Below the pieces are notes generated by a model. That model was not told the origin of the DNA. It was given only the letters and a program-made list of their open reading frames with translations, and searched no databases. Both the position numbers and the translations under genes were made by a program. 64,000 nt of DNA from Dehalococcoidia bacterium (GTDB taxonomy: Bacteria > Chloroflexota > Dehalococcoidia > Lucifugimonadales > UBA3495), in contig DAOUHF010000146.1 of NCBI GenBank assembly GCA_034428795.1, forward strand, positions 7,197 to 71,196, in the 5' to 3' direction. Of this stretch, positions 35,993 through 45,484 are shown piece after piece (the stretch's first letter is position 1; each line of letters begins with the position of its first letter).

Positions 35993-38758
35993 ATGGCGGA
36001 AGCCCAAGGCCATACCCTGCCTCTATTCGCCCCCAAACGCGAGCCATTGCTCATGATCATGGACGGCCACGCCATGGTCCACCGGTCATTCCGGGCGATC
36101 TCTACCCAGCGCAGTTTGACTGTTGGCTCGACCGGCGAGGACATCACCGGCGTGTTCGGTTTCACCAACGTCTTCCTGCGGGCGCTGAACGACTGGAACC
36201 CCGCCTACTGCGCTATCGCATTCGACACGTCGGCGCCCACATTTCGCCACGAACGGTTCGAAGCCTACAAGGCCCAGAGACCGGCGTCGCCCCCGGAACT
36301 TAGAACGCAGTTCGGCCGCGTGAAGCAGCTCATGGAACTGTTTGGAGTGCCCGTTTTCGAGCTTGATGGATGGGAAGCCGACGACATCATCGGTACCCTG
36401 ACCCGCCAATCCGAGGAGGCTGGAATAGACTCGGTGGTGCTTACCGGCGACCGGGACACCTTCCAGCTAATCTCCCCGCGGGTGAGAGTCGACCTCGCCT
36501 CTAATATCCAGGAACGCAAGGTGTACGACGAGGCCGAGTTGGCCGAACGGTATTCCGGGCTCACGGCCGCCCAGCAACCCGATTTCAAGGCCCTGCTCGG
36601 CGATTCCTCGGACAACATTCCGGGAGTGCCTAAAGTCGGAGAGAAAACGGCCGCCAGGCTGCTCAACGATTATCAAAGCCTTGAAGGCATCTACGAACAC
36701 CTGGACGAAATCAAGCAGAAAGCGGTGAAGGCGGCGCTGGAAGAAAACCGGGACAGGGCTTTCGAGAACCGGACGCTGATGACCATTGACCGGCACTCGC
36801 CGTTGGACTTGGACCTGGAGCGTTGCCGCTTCTGGCAATATGACCGCCGGGCGGTGGTCGATTGGATGACCGAACTGGAATTCTTCAGCATCATTCCCCG
36901 GGTGCCCGGTCCCGATGTCGTCGGGGAGGCGCCGGACGTGCCCGACCGGGAAATGGACCTGGACGTCGACTACACGATAGTCCAGTCCCAGGCCGCATTG
37001 GACTCCATGATTGCGGCCATCGAGGAGACCGGCAGCTTTTCCTTCGATACCGAGACTACCAGCTTGGACGCCGTGAGAGCAGACCTGGTAGGGTTGAGCT
37101 TCGCCACCGCCCCCGGCCGGGCATGGTACGTTCCGGTCGGACACCGGAGCGGGGTCCAACTGCCCTTGGAGACGGTGCTGGCGGCGGTACGCCCCCTGTT
37201 TGAGTCGGCGGATATCGCCAAATGCGCCCATAACGCAAACTACGATCTAACCGTACTGGCGGGCCATGGCGTCAAGCCAAGGAACCTGGACTTCGACACC
37301 ATGATCGCCGCTCACCTGACCGGCCGTAACGCCCTGGGTCTGAAGAACCTGGCGCTGGACGTTCTCGGCCAAGAGATGACGCCCATCAGCGGCCTCATCG
37401 GTAAAGGCCGCCAGCAAGTGACCTTCGACCAGGTGGACATCGAGCCGGCGGGAAATTACGCGGCCGCCGATGCCGACATGACGGTCCGGCTCCGTGATGC
37501 GTTCGAGCCGGCGTTGGCCCGGGAGGGGCTGGAACCGCTGTTGGCCGACTTGGAAATGCCGCTGGTGCCGGTGCTGGTCACCATGCAACGCCACGGGATC
37601 ATGATGGACGCCGGCGTGCTCCACGAAATGTCCCAGGACCTGACCCAACAGATGTACCAGGTCGAGGAAGGTCTGTACCAGTCCATCGGCCACACGGTGC
37701 AAATCAACTCGCCGCAGCAACTCAGCGACCTGCTATTCAAGGAACTGGGCCTGCCCAAAACCAAGCGCACCAAGACCGGCCACTACTCGACCGACGCCAA
37801 CTCCCTGGAGGCGCTGAAAGACCATCACCCGGTGGTCAACCAGATACTGGAATACCGGCAGGTTTCCAAGCTCAAGTCCACCTATGTCGACGCCCTGCCA
37901 GACATGATCAACCCGTACACCGGCCGGGTGCATACCAGCTACAACCAGACCGGCTCGGCCACGGGCCGCATCTCCAGCAACGACCCGAATTTGCAGAACA
38001 TACCCATCCGTACCGAGTTGGGACGCCAGGTGCGCCGCGCCTTCGTAGCGGAGAACGCCCCGGACTGGCAGTTGCTATCGGCCGACTACTCCCAGATTGA
38101 ACTCCGGGTGCTGGCCCACATGTCCCAGGACGAAGGACTTCTCGAAGCCTTCCGCCGCGGTGAGGACATCCACTCCGCCACTGCTTCGCTAATGTTCGAG
38201 GTGCCCATCAACGGCGTCGATTCGGAGATGCGCCGCATCGCCAAAGTGCTCAACTTCGGCGTCATCTATGGCCTGTCGCCCCACGGCATTTCCCAGCAGA
38301 CCGGGTTTTCCAGGGAACAGGGGGCGCATTTCATCGACGCCTATTTCACCAAGTACCCTGGAATCAGCGGCTTTCTGGAGGACGTGAAAGCCACGGCACG
38401 GGCGAAGCAGTACGTGGAGACGCTGCTGGGCCGCCGCCGATACCTCGCCGACATCAACAGCGCCAACTTCAACGTGCGGGGCGGGGCCGAGCGGATGGCC
38501 ATCAACATGCCGATTCAAGGCACCGCCGCCGACATCATGAAGATTGCGATGATCCGGGTGCAGGACCGGCTGGACAGGGAAGAAATGCGGACCAAGATGC
38601 TCCTCCAAGTGCATGACGAGTTGGTGTTCGAGGTGCCCAACGACGAATTGGAGGCACTCAAGGACCTGGTCTTCGACGAGATGCCCGCCGCCATGGACCT
38701 GGACGTCACCCTCAAGGTAGATGCCAAGTGGGGCTACAACTGGGGAGACATGGAGTAG
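35993..38758 (+). CDS. polA: DNA polymerase I
   Basis: 5' nuclease domain (LLMIMDGHAMVHRSF, LTGDRDTFQL), 3'-5' exonuclease-like domain (FSFDTETTSL) and polymerase motifs (DYSQIELRVLAH, KVLNFGVIYG, QVHDELVFE). Confidence 0.95.
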   Translation: MAEAQGHTLPLFAPKREPLLMIMDGHAMVHRSFRAISTQRSLTVGSTGEDITGVFGFTNVFLRALNDWNPAYCAIAFDTSAPTFRHERFEAYKAQRPASPPELRTQFGRVKQLMELFGVPVFELDGWEADDIIGTLTRQSEEAGIDSVVLTGDRDTFQLISPRVRVDLASNIQERKVYDEAELAERYSGLTAAQQPDFKALLGDSSDNIPGVPKVGEKTAARLLNDYQSLEGIYEHLDEIKQKAVKAALEENRDRAFENRTLMTIDRHSPLDLDLERCRFWQYDRRAVVDWMTELEFFSIIPRVPGPDVVGEAPDVPDREMDLDVDYTIVQSQAALDSMIAAIEETGSFSFDTETTSLDAVRADLVGLSFATAPGRAWYVPVGHRSGVQLPLETVLAAVRPLFESADIAKCAHNANYDLTVLAGHGVKPRNLDFDTMIAAHLTGRNALGLKNLALDVLGQEMTPISGLIGKGRQQVTFDQVDIEPAGNYAAADADMTVRLRDAFEPALAREGLEPLLADLEMPLVPVLVTMQRHGIMMDAGVLHEMSQDLTQQMYQVEEGLYQSIGHTVQINSPQQLSDLLFKELGLPKTKRTKTGHYSTDANSLEALKDHHPVVNQILEYRQVSKLKSTYVDALPDMINPYTGRVHTSYNQTGSATGRISSNDPNLQNIPIRTELGRQVRRAFVAENAPDWQLLSADYSQIELRVLAHMSQDEGLLEAFRRGEDIHSATASLMFEVPINGVDSEMRRIAKVLNFGVIYGLSPHGISQQTGFSREQGAHFIDAYFTKYPGISGFLEDVKATARAKQYVETLLGRRRYLADINSANFNVRGGAERMAINMPIQGTAADIMKIAMIRVQDRLDREEMRTKMLLQVHDELVFEVPNDELEALKDLVFDEMPAAMDLDVTLKVDAKWGYNWGDME

Positions 38759-38796
38759 GCGGGAAGTGCGGGCCGGAACAATGAGGAGGAATACCG

Positions 38797-39159
38797 GTGG
38801 GTGCAACAGAAGTGCAGGCCAAAGTTTTCGGAGAGAACGAGACCCGGGAATATAGGTTCATGGTCGACACCGGCTCCACCTATTTGGCCCTTCCCTTGGA
38901 AGAGATAGAGGCGCTGGGAATCCGTCGCCGCCGGATGCGGGTAAAGCTTTTGAGCGCAACTGGACTCGTCGACGTAGATACATACGTCGTCGACGGCGAG
39001 TTGATGGGAGAGAATTTCAGTGCGATACTCGTGCCTGCGGCGACCCCTCTTCTGGGCTATGAACTCCTTCAAAACCTCAGGTACAAGGTCAATCCGGTTA
39101 CCTACGAATTAGAGAAAGTGTCGGACGACGTCATCAACCATCCGCCATACCAGTTGTAA
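38797..39159 (+). CDS. Retropepsin-like (clan AA) aspartic protease domain protein
   Basis: FMVDTGSTYLALP carries the D-T-G active-site motif. Size about 120 aa. The GTG is preceded by GAGGAGGA. Confidence 0.6.
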   Translation: MGATEVQAKVFGENETREYRFMVDTGSTYLALPLEEIEALGIRRRRMRVKLLSATGLVDVDTYVVDGELMGENFSAILVPAATPLLGYELLQNLRYKVNPVTYELEKVSDDVINHPPYQL

Positions 39160-39176
39160 AAACGCGAGGAGCAGCA

Positions 39177-39347
39177 GTGGAAGCGGCCATCGCGGCCATC
39201 GCGGCCGTCACTGAAGCGCGGGCCATTATCATCGGAGCGACTGATACCCGGTCGTTCACTTTCGTGGTCGATATTGGGCCCACCTGTTTGGGGTTGCCAT
39301 TGGAGGAAATCGAGGCGTTAGGGCTTAGGCGCCCTCCTTACGTTTAG
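39177..39347 (+). pseudogene. Truncated, degenerate tandem paralog of the aspartic protease (56 codons; not in the ORF track)
   Basis: Reads VEAAIAAIAAVTEARAIIIGATDTRSFTFVVDIGPTCLGLPLEEIEALGLRRPPYV*. It parallels residues 7-45 of the upstream gene (LALPLEEIEALGIRR). DTG is changed to DIG and a stop follows after about one third of the domain. Confidence 0.5.
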
Positions 39348-39361
39348 GTGAAGTTGACGCT

Positions 39362-40240
39362 ATGGAACTAATCCGCAGTTTGATTTTCGTGCCGGGGAAC
39401 CGGCCTAACATGCTGGAGCGGGCCCGCTCCTTCGACGCCGACATTATAATGGTTGACTTGGAGGACTCAGTGCCGCCCGGGGAAAAGGCCGACGCCCGCG
39501 ACTTGGCCGTTAAGTGGGTGCCCATCTTGCGTCGGGAGGGCCAGCGGGTGATGGTCCGGGTCAATTCCCTGGACACCGGCCTGACCAGAGAGGAGTTGGA
39601 GGCCATCGTTTCCTCCGACATTTACGGCGTTAGTCTGGGGAAGGTCGAGTCGGTCTGGCACGTTAAAGAAACCGCCCGTATCCTGTCGGGTCTTGAGGCC
39701 GCGGCCGGGATTCCCGCGGAGAGCGTCAAGATCATTCCTTGGATCGAGAACGCGAAGGCGGTCTGGGGAGCCAGGGAAATCGGCCAGGCGTCAGCCCGCG
39801 TGGTCGGCATCGCTTTCGGCGCCGAGGATTTCACCAACGACATGGGTATCGAGCGCACCGATACCGGCGAAGAGGTCTACGTGCCCCGGGCGATGGTCCC
39901 GGTAGCGGCCCGCGCCGCCGACGTCGCCTCCTTGGACTCCCCCTTCGTCCGGTTCCAGGACCCCGACGCATTGGGGACCGACGCCGCCCGGGCCCGCCGG
40001 ATGGGCTACACCGGCAAGTTCGCCATCCACCCAGCTCAACTTGGCGTAATCAACAAAACGTTCAGCCCGTCAGAAGAAGAGGTCGCCTACGCCCGGCGGG
40101 TGATGGAAGCCTGGGACCAGGCCGAAGCCGGGGGGCGAGGTTCTCTTGCCTTGGACGGCCGTATGGTCGACGTCCCGGTGGTAAAGCGGGCTCAAAACCT
40201 GCTGGCCTTGGCCGGCGCCATTGAAGCTCGGGGCCGGTAG
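39362..40240 (+). CDS. HpcH/HpaI aldolase / citrate-lyase beta-like CoA-ester lyase
   Basis: RSLIFVPGNRPNMLERA..FDADIIMVDLEDSV and FGAEDF. Confidence 0.85.
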   Translation: MELIRSLIFVPGNRPNMLERARSFDADIIMVDLEDSVPPGEKADARDLAVKWVPILRREGQRVMVRVNSLDTGLTREELEAIVSSDIYGVSLGKVESVWHVKETARILSGLEAAAGIPAESVKIIPWIENAKAVWGAREIGQASARVVGIAFGAEDFTNDMGIERTDTGEEVYVPRAMVPVAARAADVASLDSPFVRFQDPDALGTDAARARRMGYTGKFAIHPAQLGVINKTFSPSEEEVAYARRVMEAWDQAEAGGRGSLALDGRMVDVPVVKRAQNLLALAGAIEARGR

Positions 40241-40268
40241 CAAAGCGGGCCCGGGCCCTTGAGATGGT

Positions 40269-40655
40269 ATGGACAAACCGATCTTGCCACCTGATCGCAT
40301 CGTCCTGGAGGGAATGCAGTTCTACGGCTTTCACGGGGTGAACCCTGAAGAGCAAGCCTTGGGACAGTCCTACCTGGTCGATCTGGCAGTCGAGTTGGAC
40401 CTGACCCCGGCAGGCCGGTCAGACCGGCTGGATGATACCGTCAGCTACACTCACCTGTACCGGGCCGTGCAGTCGGTGATGGAGGGCGAATCGCGGAACT
40501 TGCTGGAGACCGCTGCCCAGGCCATAGCCGACCAGGTCTTGGCCCAGTTCCCCGTGGACGCGGTGTCGGTGTCGGTCAAGAAACCGAGGCCTCCGGTTCG
40601 CGGCTCGGTAATCGAACACGCAATGGTGGAAATCTATCGCCGGCGGGAAAGCTGA
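40269..40655 (+). CDS. folB: Dihydroneopterin aldolase
   Basis: DRIVLEGMQFYGFHGVNPEEQALGQSYLVDLAVELD...DTVSYTHLY...V.VKKP. Confidence 0.85.
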   Translation: MDKPILPPDRIVLEGMQFYGFHGVNPEEQALGQSYLVDLAVELDLTPAGRSDRLDDTVSYTHLYRAVQSVMEGESRNLLETAAQAIADQVLAQFPVDAVSVSVKKPRPPVRGSVIEHAMVEIYRRRES

Positions 40656-40664
40656 CCGGCAGGA

Positions 40665-41261
40665 ATGACTATGAGAGTCCACGAATACCACGAAGGCAAC
40701 CGCGAGTTGCAGGACCGGTTTCAGACCCGCAAGCTGGCCGACCGCTTGAGTGAGCGGGTAACCGAGAGCATTGGCGCTGAGGCCCGGGAGGTAATCGAAG
40801 CCGCCCGCATGTTCTTCCTGGCCACCTGCGACGACCGTGGGCTGCCCACTTGCTCCTACAAGGGCGGCGACCCTGGATTCGTCTGGGTTGTCGACGACCG
40901 TACCCTGGCCTTCCCCAACTACGACGGAAACGGTAAGTACCAGTCTATGGGCAACCTGCTGCGGAACCCCAACGTGGGCCTGCTGTTCGTGGATTTCGAG
41001 GGCCAGCAGCGGCTGCGGATTCAAGGGGTGGCTCGCCTCCAGGAAAACGACGCCCTGCTGACCGAATACACCGAGGCTCAGTTCGTGGTGGTGGTGGAAG
41101 TCACCGAGGTATACAAAAACTGCCCCCGCTACGTCCATCGCTACCAGTTCGTCGAGCCCTCCGAATACGTCCCGCACGAGGGAGTTAAAACCCCCCAACC
41201 CGCTTGGAAGGCATCCGAAGAGCTCAAGGACGTGCTGCCCGGACAACCTGGCCGCCGCTGA
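40665..41261 (+). CDS. Pyridoxamine 5'-phosphate oxidase-family (FMN-binding split-barrel) protein
   Basis: FFLATCDDRGLPTCSYKGGDPGFV...FPNYDGNGKYQSMGNLLRNPNVGLLFVDF. Confidence 0.75.
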   Translation: MTMRVHEYHEGNRELQDRFQTRKLADRLSERVTESIGAEAREVIEAARMFFLATCDDRGLPTCSYKGGDPGFVWVVDDRTLAFPNYDGNGKYQSMGNLLRNPNVGLLFVDFEGQQRLRIQGVARLQENDALLTEYTEAQFVVVVEVTEVYKNCPRYVHRYQFVEPSEYVPHEGVKTPQPAWKASEELKDVLPGQPGRR

Positions 41262-41339
41262 CCGTTCGGAGTCCTTGTTTGGGCGTGAGGCCCTGTGTTA
41301 ACCTGACCGGGCGATTCCGAAGAGATAAGAGAAGCTAAT

Positions 41340-41549
41340 ATGCGTTGTGAAATTTGCTTAAAGTCCGGGATGAGCGGCAACAACGTCAGCCACTCTAACC
41401 GCCACACCAAGACCCGTTTCAAGGCCAACGTCCACAAGCAGACCCTGGAACGAAACGGAGAGCAGGTCCGGGTCAAAATCTGCAGCCGCTGCCTCCGCTC
41501 CCTCCACAAGTCACCCAAAGTCCGCAAAGCTTTCGCGGCGTTGAAGTAA
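41340..41549 (+). CDS. rpmB: 50S ribosomal protein L28
   Basis: CEICLKSGMSGNNVSHSNRHTKTRFKANVHK...VKICSRCLRS. Confidence 0.9.
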   Translation: MRCEICLKSGMSGNNVSHSNRHTKTRFKANVHKQTLERNGEQVRVKICSRCLRSLHKSPKVRKAFAALK

Positions 41550-41564
41550 TATTTCCCTCTGCTC

Positions 41565-42248
41565 CTAGGCGAGCCCCGCGAGGCATCCCCTCATTCCCCG
41601 CATCGCTTCCGGCACGGTCTCGCGGCCGTTGAAGATGGCGCTTCCGGCGACCAGTATCGTCGCGCCGGCTTGCACCGATTCCTGCGCTGTCCAATCGGCT
41701 TTGACCCCTCCGTCAACCTCCACCCGTGCGCCGTAGCTGCCGGCATCGATCATATGCCGCAAGCGGCGGATTTTCCCGACCGTCTCCGGTATGAAGGACT
41801 GCCCGGCGAAGCCGGGGTTGACTGACATCACCATCACTATGTCCAGCAACGGCAGGACCTCTTCCACCGCCGCCACAGGGGTGCCGGGGTTGATGGCAAC
41901 GCCGATTTGGCTACCCTCGTCCTTGACCCTCGTAACCGTTCGGTGCAGGTGACGACAGGCCTCGGCGTGCACCAGAATCTGGTCGGACTCCGCCTTCATG
42001 AATGTTGGCAGCAGCTCGTCGGGCCGCTCGATCATCAGGTGGATGTTCAGGGGCAGGTGGGTGTGCTGCCGGATGGCGTCCACCACCACTTCGCCGAAGG
42101 ATATGTTGGGCACGAACCGGCCGTCCATCACGTCCACGTGAATCAAATCGGCCCCGGCATCCGTCGCCTCACGCACCTGCTCTCCCAGCCTGCCGAAGTC
42201 GGCCGACAGCACCGACGGGGCCAGCAATACCCGGCGTTCAGGGTCCAT
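41565..42248 (-). CDS. rpe: Ribulose-phosphate 3-epimerase
   Basis: LAPSVLSADFGRLGEQV...GADLIHVDVMDGRFVPNISFG...MSVNPGFAGQ. Confidence 0.92.
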   Translation of the reverse strand: MDPERRVLLAPSVLSADFGRLGEQVREATDAGADLIHVDVMDGRFVPNISFGEVVVDAIRQHTHLPLNIHLMIERPDELLPTFMKAESDQILVHAEACRHLHRTVTRVKDEGSQIGVAINPGTPVAAVEEVLPLLDIVMVMSVNPGFAGQSFIPETVGKIRRLRHMIDAGSYGARVEVDGGVKADWTAQESVQAGATILVAGSAIFNGRETVPEAMRGMRGCLAGLA

Positions 42249-43599
42249 TGGCGTCCTCCTCCAGCAACTGTTCGGCTTGGGTCAATGCCTCGGCGACCCG
42301 GTTGGGCGCGGTCCCTCCCGGGTTGTCCCGGGCCGCGGCGGACGCCTCGGCGGTGATCCGGTAGACGTCGGCCCCGAAATGAGGGGAAAAACGCAGGTAG
42401 TCCTCGTACGGCAGTTGCTCCAATCCCAGCCCCTCGGCCTCGCAGTGACGGCATAGCTCCCTGACGATACCGTGAGCTTCCCGGAAGGGTACGCCCTTGG
42501 CCGCCAGGTGGTCGGCTAAATCGGTTGCCAACATCTGGCTGTCTCCCGCAAGGCCCTTCACCCGTTCCACGTCCAGTTCCAAGCCAGGCAGCATCTGCTG
42601 GTAAACATTGAGGGTTGCCAACAGGGTGTCGGCGGCATCGAAGAACCCTTCCTTGTCTTCCTGCAGGTCGCGGTTATAGGTGAGAGGCAGCCCCTTGAGG
42701 GTTGTCAGCAGTCCCATGAGCCCGCCGTAGACCCGGCCGGTCTTGCCCCTTGCCATCTCGGCGTAGTCGGGGTTGCGCTTCTGAGGCATGATGCTGCTGC
42801 CGGTGGTGAACTCCTCCGCCAGCCTGATGAAGCCGAACTCACGGCTGGACCACAGCACCATCTCTTCGGAAAGCCGGGAGAAGTGCATCATACAGATGGA
42901 CGCCGCCGCTAGGAACTCGACCAGAAAGTCCCGGTCGGACACCGCGTCCATGCTGTTGGAGCTAATCCGGCTGAACCCCAGCTCCCGGGCCAGAAATTCC
43001 CGGTCGGTGGGGTAGGGCACCCCGGCCAGTGCGCCGCTGCCCAAGGGAAGTACGTCGGTCCGCCGGTAGGAGTCGCGGAACCGGCCGGTGTCTCGCTGGA
43101 ACATCTCGAAGTACGCCAGCATATGGTGGGCGAAGAGTAGCGGTTGGGCTCTCTGCAGGTGAGTGTACCCTGGTATGAGGACCGCCTGATAGCGCCGGGC
43201 CAACTCGACCAACGCACGCTGTACGCCCCGGAGCCTTTGGAGTGTGGCCTCGATCACCTCCTTGACGTAAAGCCGCATGTCGAGGGCGATCTGGTCGTTG
43301 CGGGAGCGCCCGGTGTGGAGCCGCCCCGCAGCCGGGCCGATCAACTGGCGCAGCCGGGCCTCGATGTTCATGTGCAAGTCTTCCAGAATCGGGTCCCAGG
43401 GAAAAGAACCTTCCTCTATCTCTTCCTGGACGCGCCCCAACCCCCGGACGATTTCCTCGGCGTCCTTGGACGGGATAATTCCTTGTTTCGCCAGCATCCG
43501 GGCGTGGACAATGGACCCGGCAATGTCGTGGCGGAACAGCCGCCGGTCATAATGGATGGAGACGGTGTAGTCGGTGTAGTCAGCCATATCGGCTACCAA
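42238..43599 (-). CDS. argH: Argininosuccinate lyase (N-terminus atypical)
   Basis: DIAGSIVHARMLAKQGII, TGRSRNDQ, GYTHLQRAQP and GSSIMPQKRNPD. The TTG start is at 43599 or the ATG at 43587. The usual LWGGRF N-terminus is not in frame. Confidence 0.9.
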   Translation of the reverse strand: MVADMADYTDYTVSIHYDRRLFRHDIAGSIVHARMLAKQGIIPSKDAEEIVRGLGRVQEEIEEGSFPWDPILEDLHMNIEARLRQLIGPAAGRLHTGRSRNDQIALDMRLYVKEVIEATLQRLRGVQRALVELARRYQAVLIPGYTHLQRAQPLLFAHHMLAYFEMFQRDTGRFRDSYRRTDVLPLGSGALAGVPYPTDREFLARELGFSRISSNSMDAVSDRDFLVEFLAAASICMMHFSRLSEEMVLWSSREFGFIRLAEEFTTGSSIMPQKRNPDYAEMARGKTGRVYGGLMGLLTTLKGLPLTYNRDLQEDKEGFFDAADTLLATLNVYQQMLPGLELDVERVKGLAGDSQMLATDLADHLAAKGVPFREAHGIVRELCRHCEAEGLGLEQLPYEDYLRFSPHFGADVYRITAEASAAARDNPGGTAPNRVAEALTQAEQLLEEDANGP

Positions 43600-43887
43600 C
43601 TATAACCCCCAAGACACCGCGGCCTCAAGGAAAGCCCAAACTCACCTATGCTCGCCGCGATCGGACCACCAAAACGCGAGTTGCATCCCCAACGCGTGTG
43701 CTGGGATACTGGTGACCCCGATGCCGAGACGGTGACCGCTCTCTGTCGTTGGGTGAACAGGGTTACGAGGACGCCGGGGTGTACTGGAACGGTCGAACAC
43801 TCAATTCGCCCACTCTGGAAGGTCTTGCCCTGAACGTGGATGAAGTATTCTGGTCCCGGCTCGTCAGTTAAGGATAAGGTAGCCTCA

Positions 43888-44253
43888 ATGGTCGGCCTAA
43901 ACAAAGAAAAATGTACCGCGTGCCGCCGCGACTCCCCCAGCGTTACCGCGGCGGATATCGCACAGCTTCAACCGCAGGTCCCGGAATGGGACCTGCTCAC
44001 CGAGGACGGCGTGCCCCGGCTTGACCGAACATTCAAGTTCCGGAACTTCCGGCAGGCATTGGAATTCACCAACCGTGTCGGCGCATTGGCCGAGGACGAG
44101 GGCCACCACCCGCTGCTGGTCACCGAGTGGGGGCGGGTGCGGGTCGCTTGGTGGACTCACAAGATTCGCAACCTGCACCGCAACGACTTCGTCATGGCCG
44201 CCAAGTCGGACAAGCTTTACGACGAGATGACGGGAGGGCTCCCATCACCATGA
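43888..44253 (+). CDS. 4a-hydroxytetrahydrobiopterin (pterin-4a-carbinolamine) dehydratase
   Basis: W.L....L.R.F.F.NF..A..F.N.V...AE...HHP.L...W..V is matched by PEWDLLTEDGVPRLDRTFKFRNFRQALEFTNRVGALAEDEGHHPLLVTEWGRVRV. Confidence 0.85.
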   Translation: MVGLNKEKCTACRRDSPSVTAADIAQLQPQVPEWDLLTEDGVPRLDRTFKFRNFRQALEFTNRVGALAEDEGHHPLLVTEWGRVRVAWWTHKIRNLHRNDFVMAAKSDKLYDEMTGGLPSP

Positions 44254-45271
44254 AGGTCACCTACCGGCTGGCGTCAAAAGACCTGGCGTCGATTCCCGCC
44301 GAGGCGGCTTGGGCCGAGGCCATGGGCTACGACGGCATCTCCAAGAACGAGACCAGCCATGACTCGTTCCTGGCCTTGACTCTGGCCGCCACTTCTACGA
44401 ACAGGGCGACGTTACAGACGTCGGTGGCCATCGCCTTTCCCCGCTCGCCGATGATCACGGCCTATACCGCCCGCGATCTGCAGGACCTGTCTGGGGGACG
44501 GTTCCGGCTGGGGCTCGGCACCCAGGTGAAAGGGCACATCGAACGGCGGTTCTCCACCAGCTGGGAATCCCCGGGGCCGCGGCTCCGGGAGTACGTGCAG
44601 GCCGTGCGCCACATCTGGCGGGCCTGGGAGACCGGCGAACGGCTGGACTATCAGGGCAAGCACTACCGTCATACCCTGATGACCCCCTTCTTCAGTCCTG
44701 GTCCCAGCGATTACCCGGCCCCCGAGGTGTTCACCGCCGCGGTTAACGCCTACAACTGCCAGGTGGCCGGCGAGGTGGCCGACGGCCTGATGCTGCATAC
44801 TCTCATCTCTCCGCAATACGTGCGGGAGGTCGTCCGGCCCGGATTGGTTAGGGAGCGGAGCGGGCCGGCAGGGACGCCAACGATTTGAAAGTCACCGGCG
44901 GCGGATTCATCATCACCGGGCCAAACCGGTCCAGCATCCGGGCGGCCCAAGCCGACGTGAGGCAACGCATCGCCTTCTATTCATCCACCCGGACCTACTT
45001 TCCGGTGCTGGCGGCCCACGGGTTCGAGGAGATCGGTCAGCATCTGCATGAGATGTCGTTGCAGGGCCGGTGGGCCGAGATGGGAGAGCAGGTCAGCGAC
45101 GAGATGCTCGACGCTTTTTCCGTGTCCGGCGAGTATGACGAGATAGCCGACGAGTTCGCCGCCCGCTACGGCGGGCTGCTGGACGAGGTGAGCTTCATCT
45201 TGTACACCGATTCCACGCCGGAAGAAGCCCAACTGCGCAAAATCGTCCGGCGCTTCCAGGAACTCGGGTAA
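44250..45271 (+). pseudogene. LLM-class (F420-type) oxidoreductase interrupted by a -1 frameshift near 44850-44855
   Basis: The two ORFs 44250..44888 and 44852..45271 together form one luciferase-like protein. Reading across AGGGA with one extra G gives ...RPGLVRGAERAGRDANDLKVTGGGFIITG..., the expected continuation. Confidence 0.75.
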
Positions 45272-45484
45272 ACGGTAGCAGCCATGCCCTCGCTCACCGG
45301 GAGCACTTCGGTGCAGCGTTCCCATGCCAGGTGATGAGAACGTGTTCCGCGTGGGCGGCGGAGCGTCCCGGTCCTCACCTGTAGCGCACCGCCGACGGCG
45401 AAACCCGCGGAGCGCCAGCGTTGGATCTGGTCCCAGCGGGAGATGCTGCCGAATCACGCCGACGTGGAGTTGGCCGAAGACCAT

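Noticed and set aside
43593-43904. 103-aa minus-strand ORF upstream of argH as a real gene.
   Set aside because: Only its last ~22 codons resemble anything (the ArgH N-terminal relic). The rest overlaps the divergent promoter region and the start of the pterin dehydratase gene.
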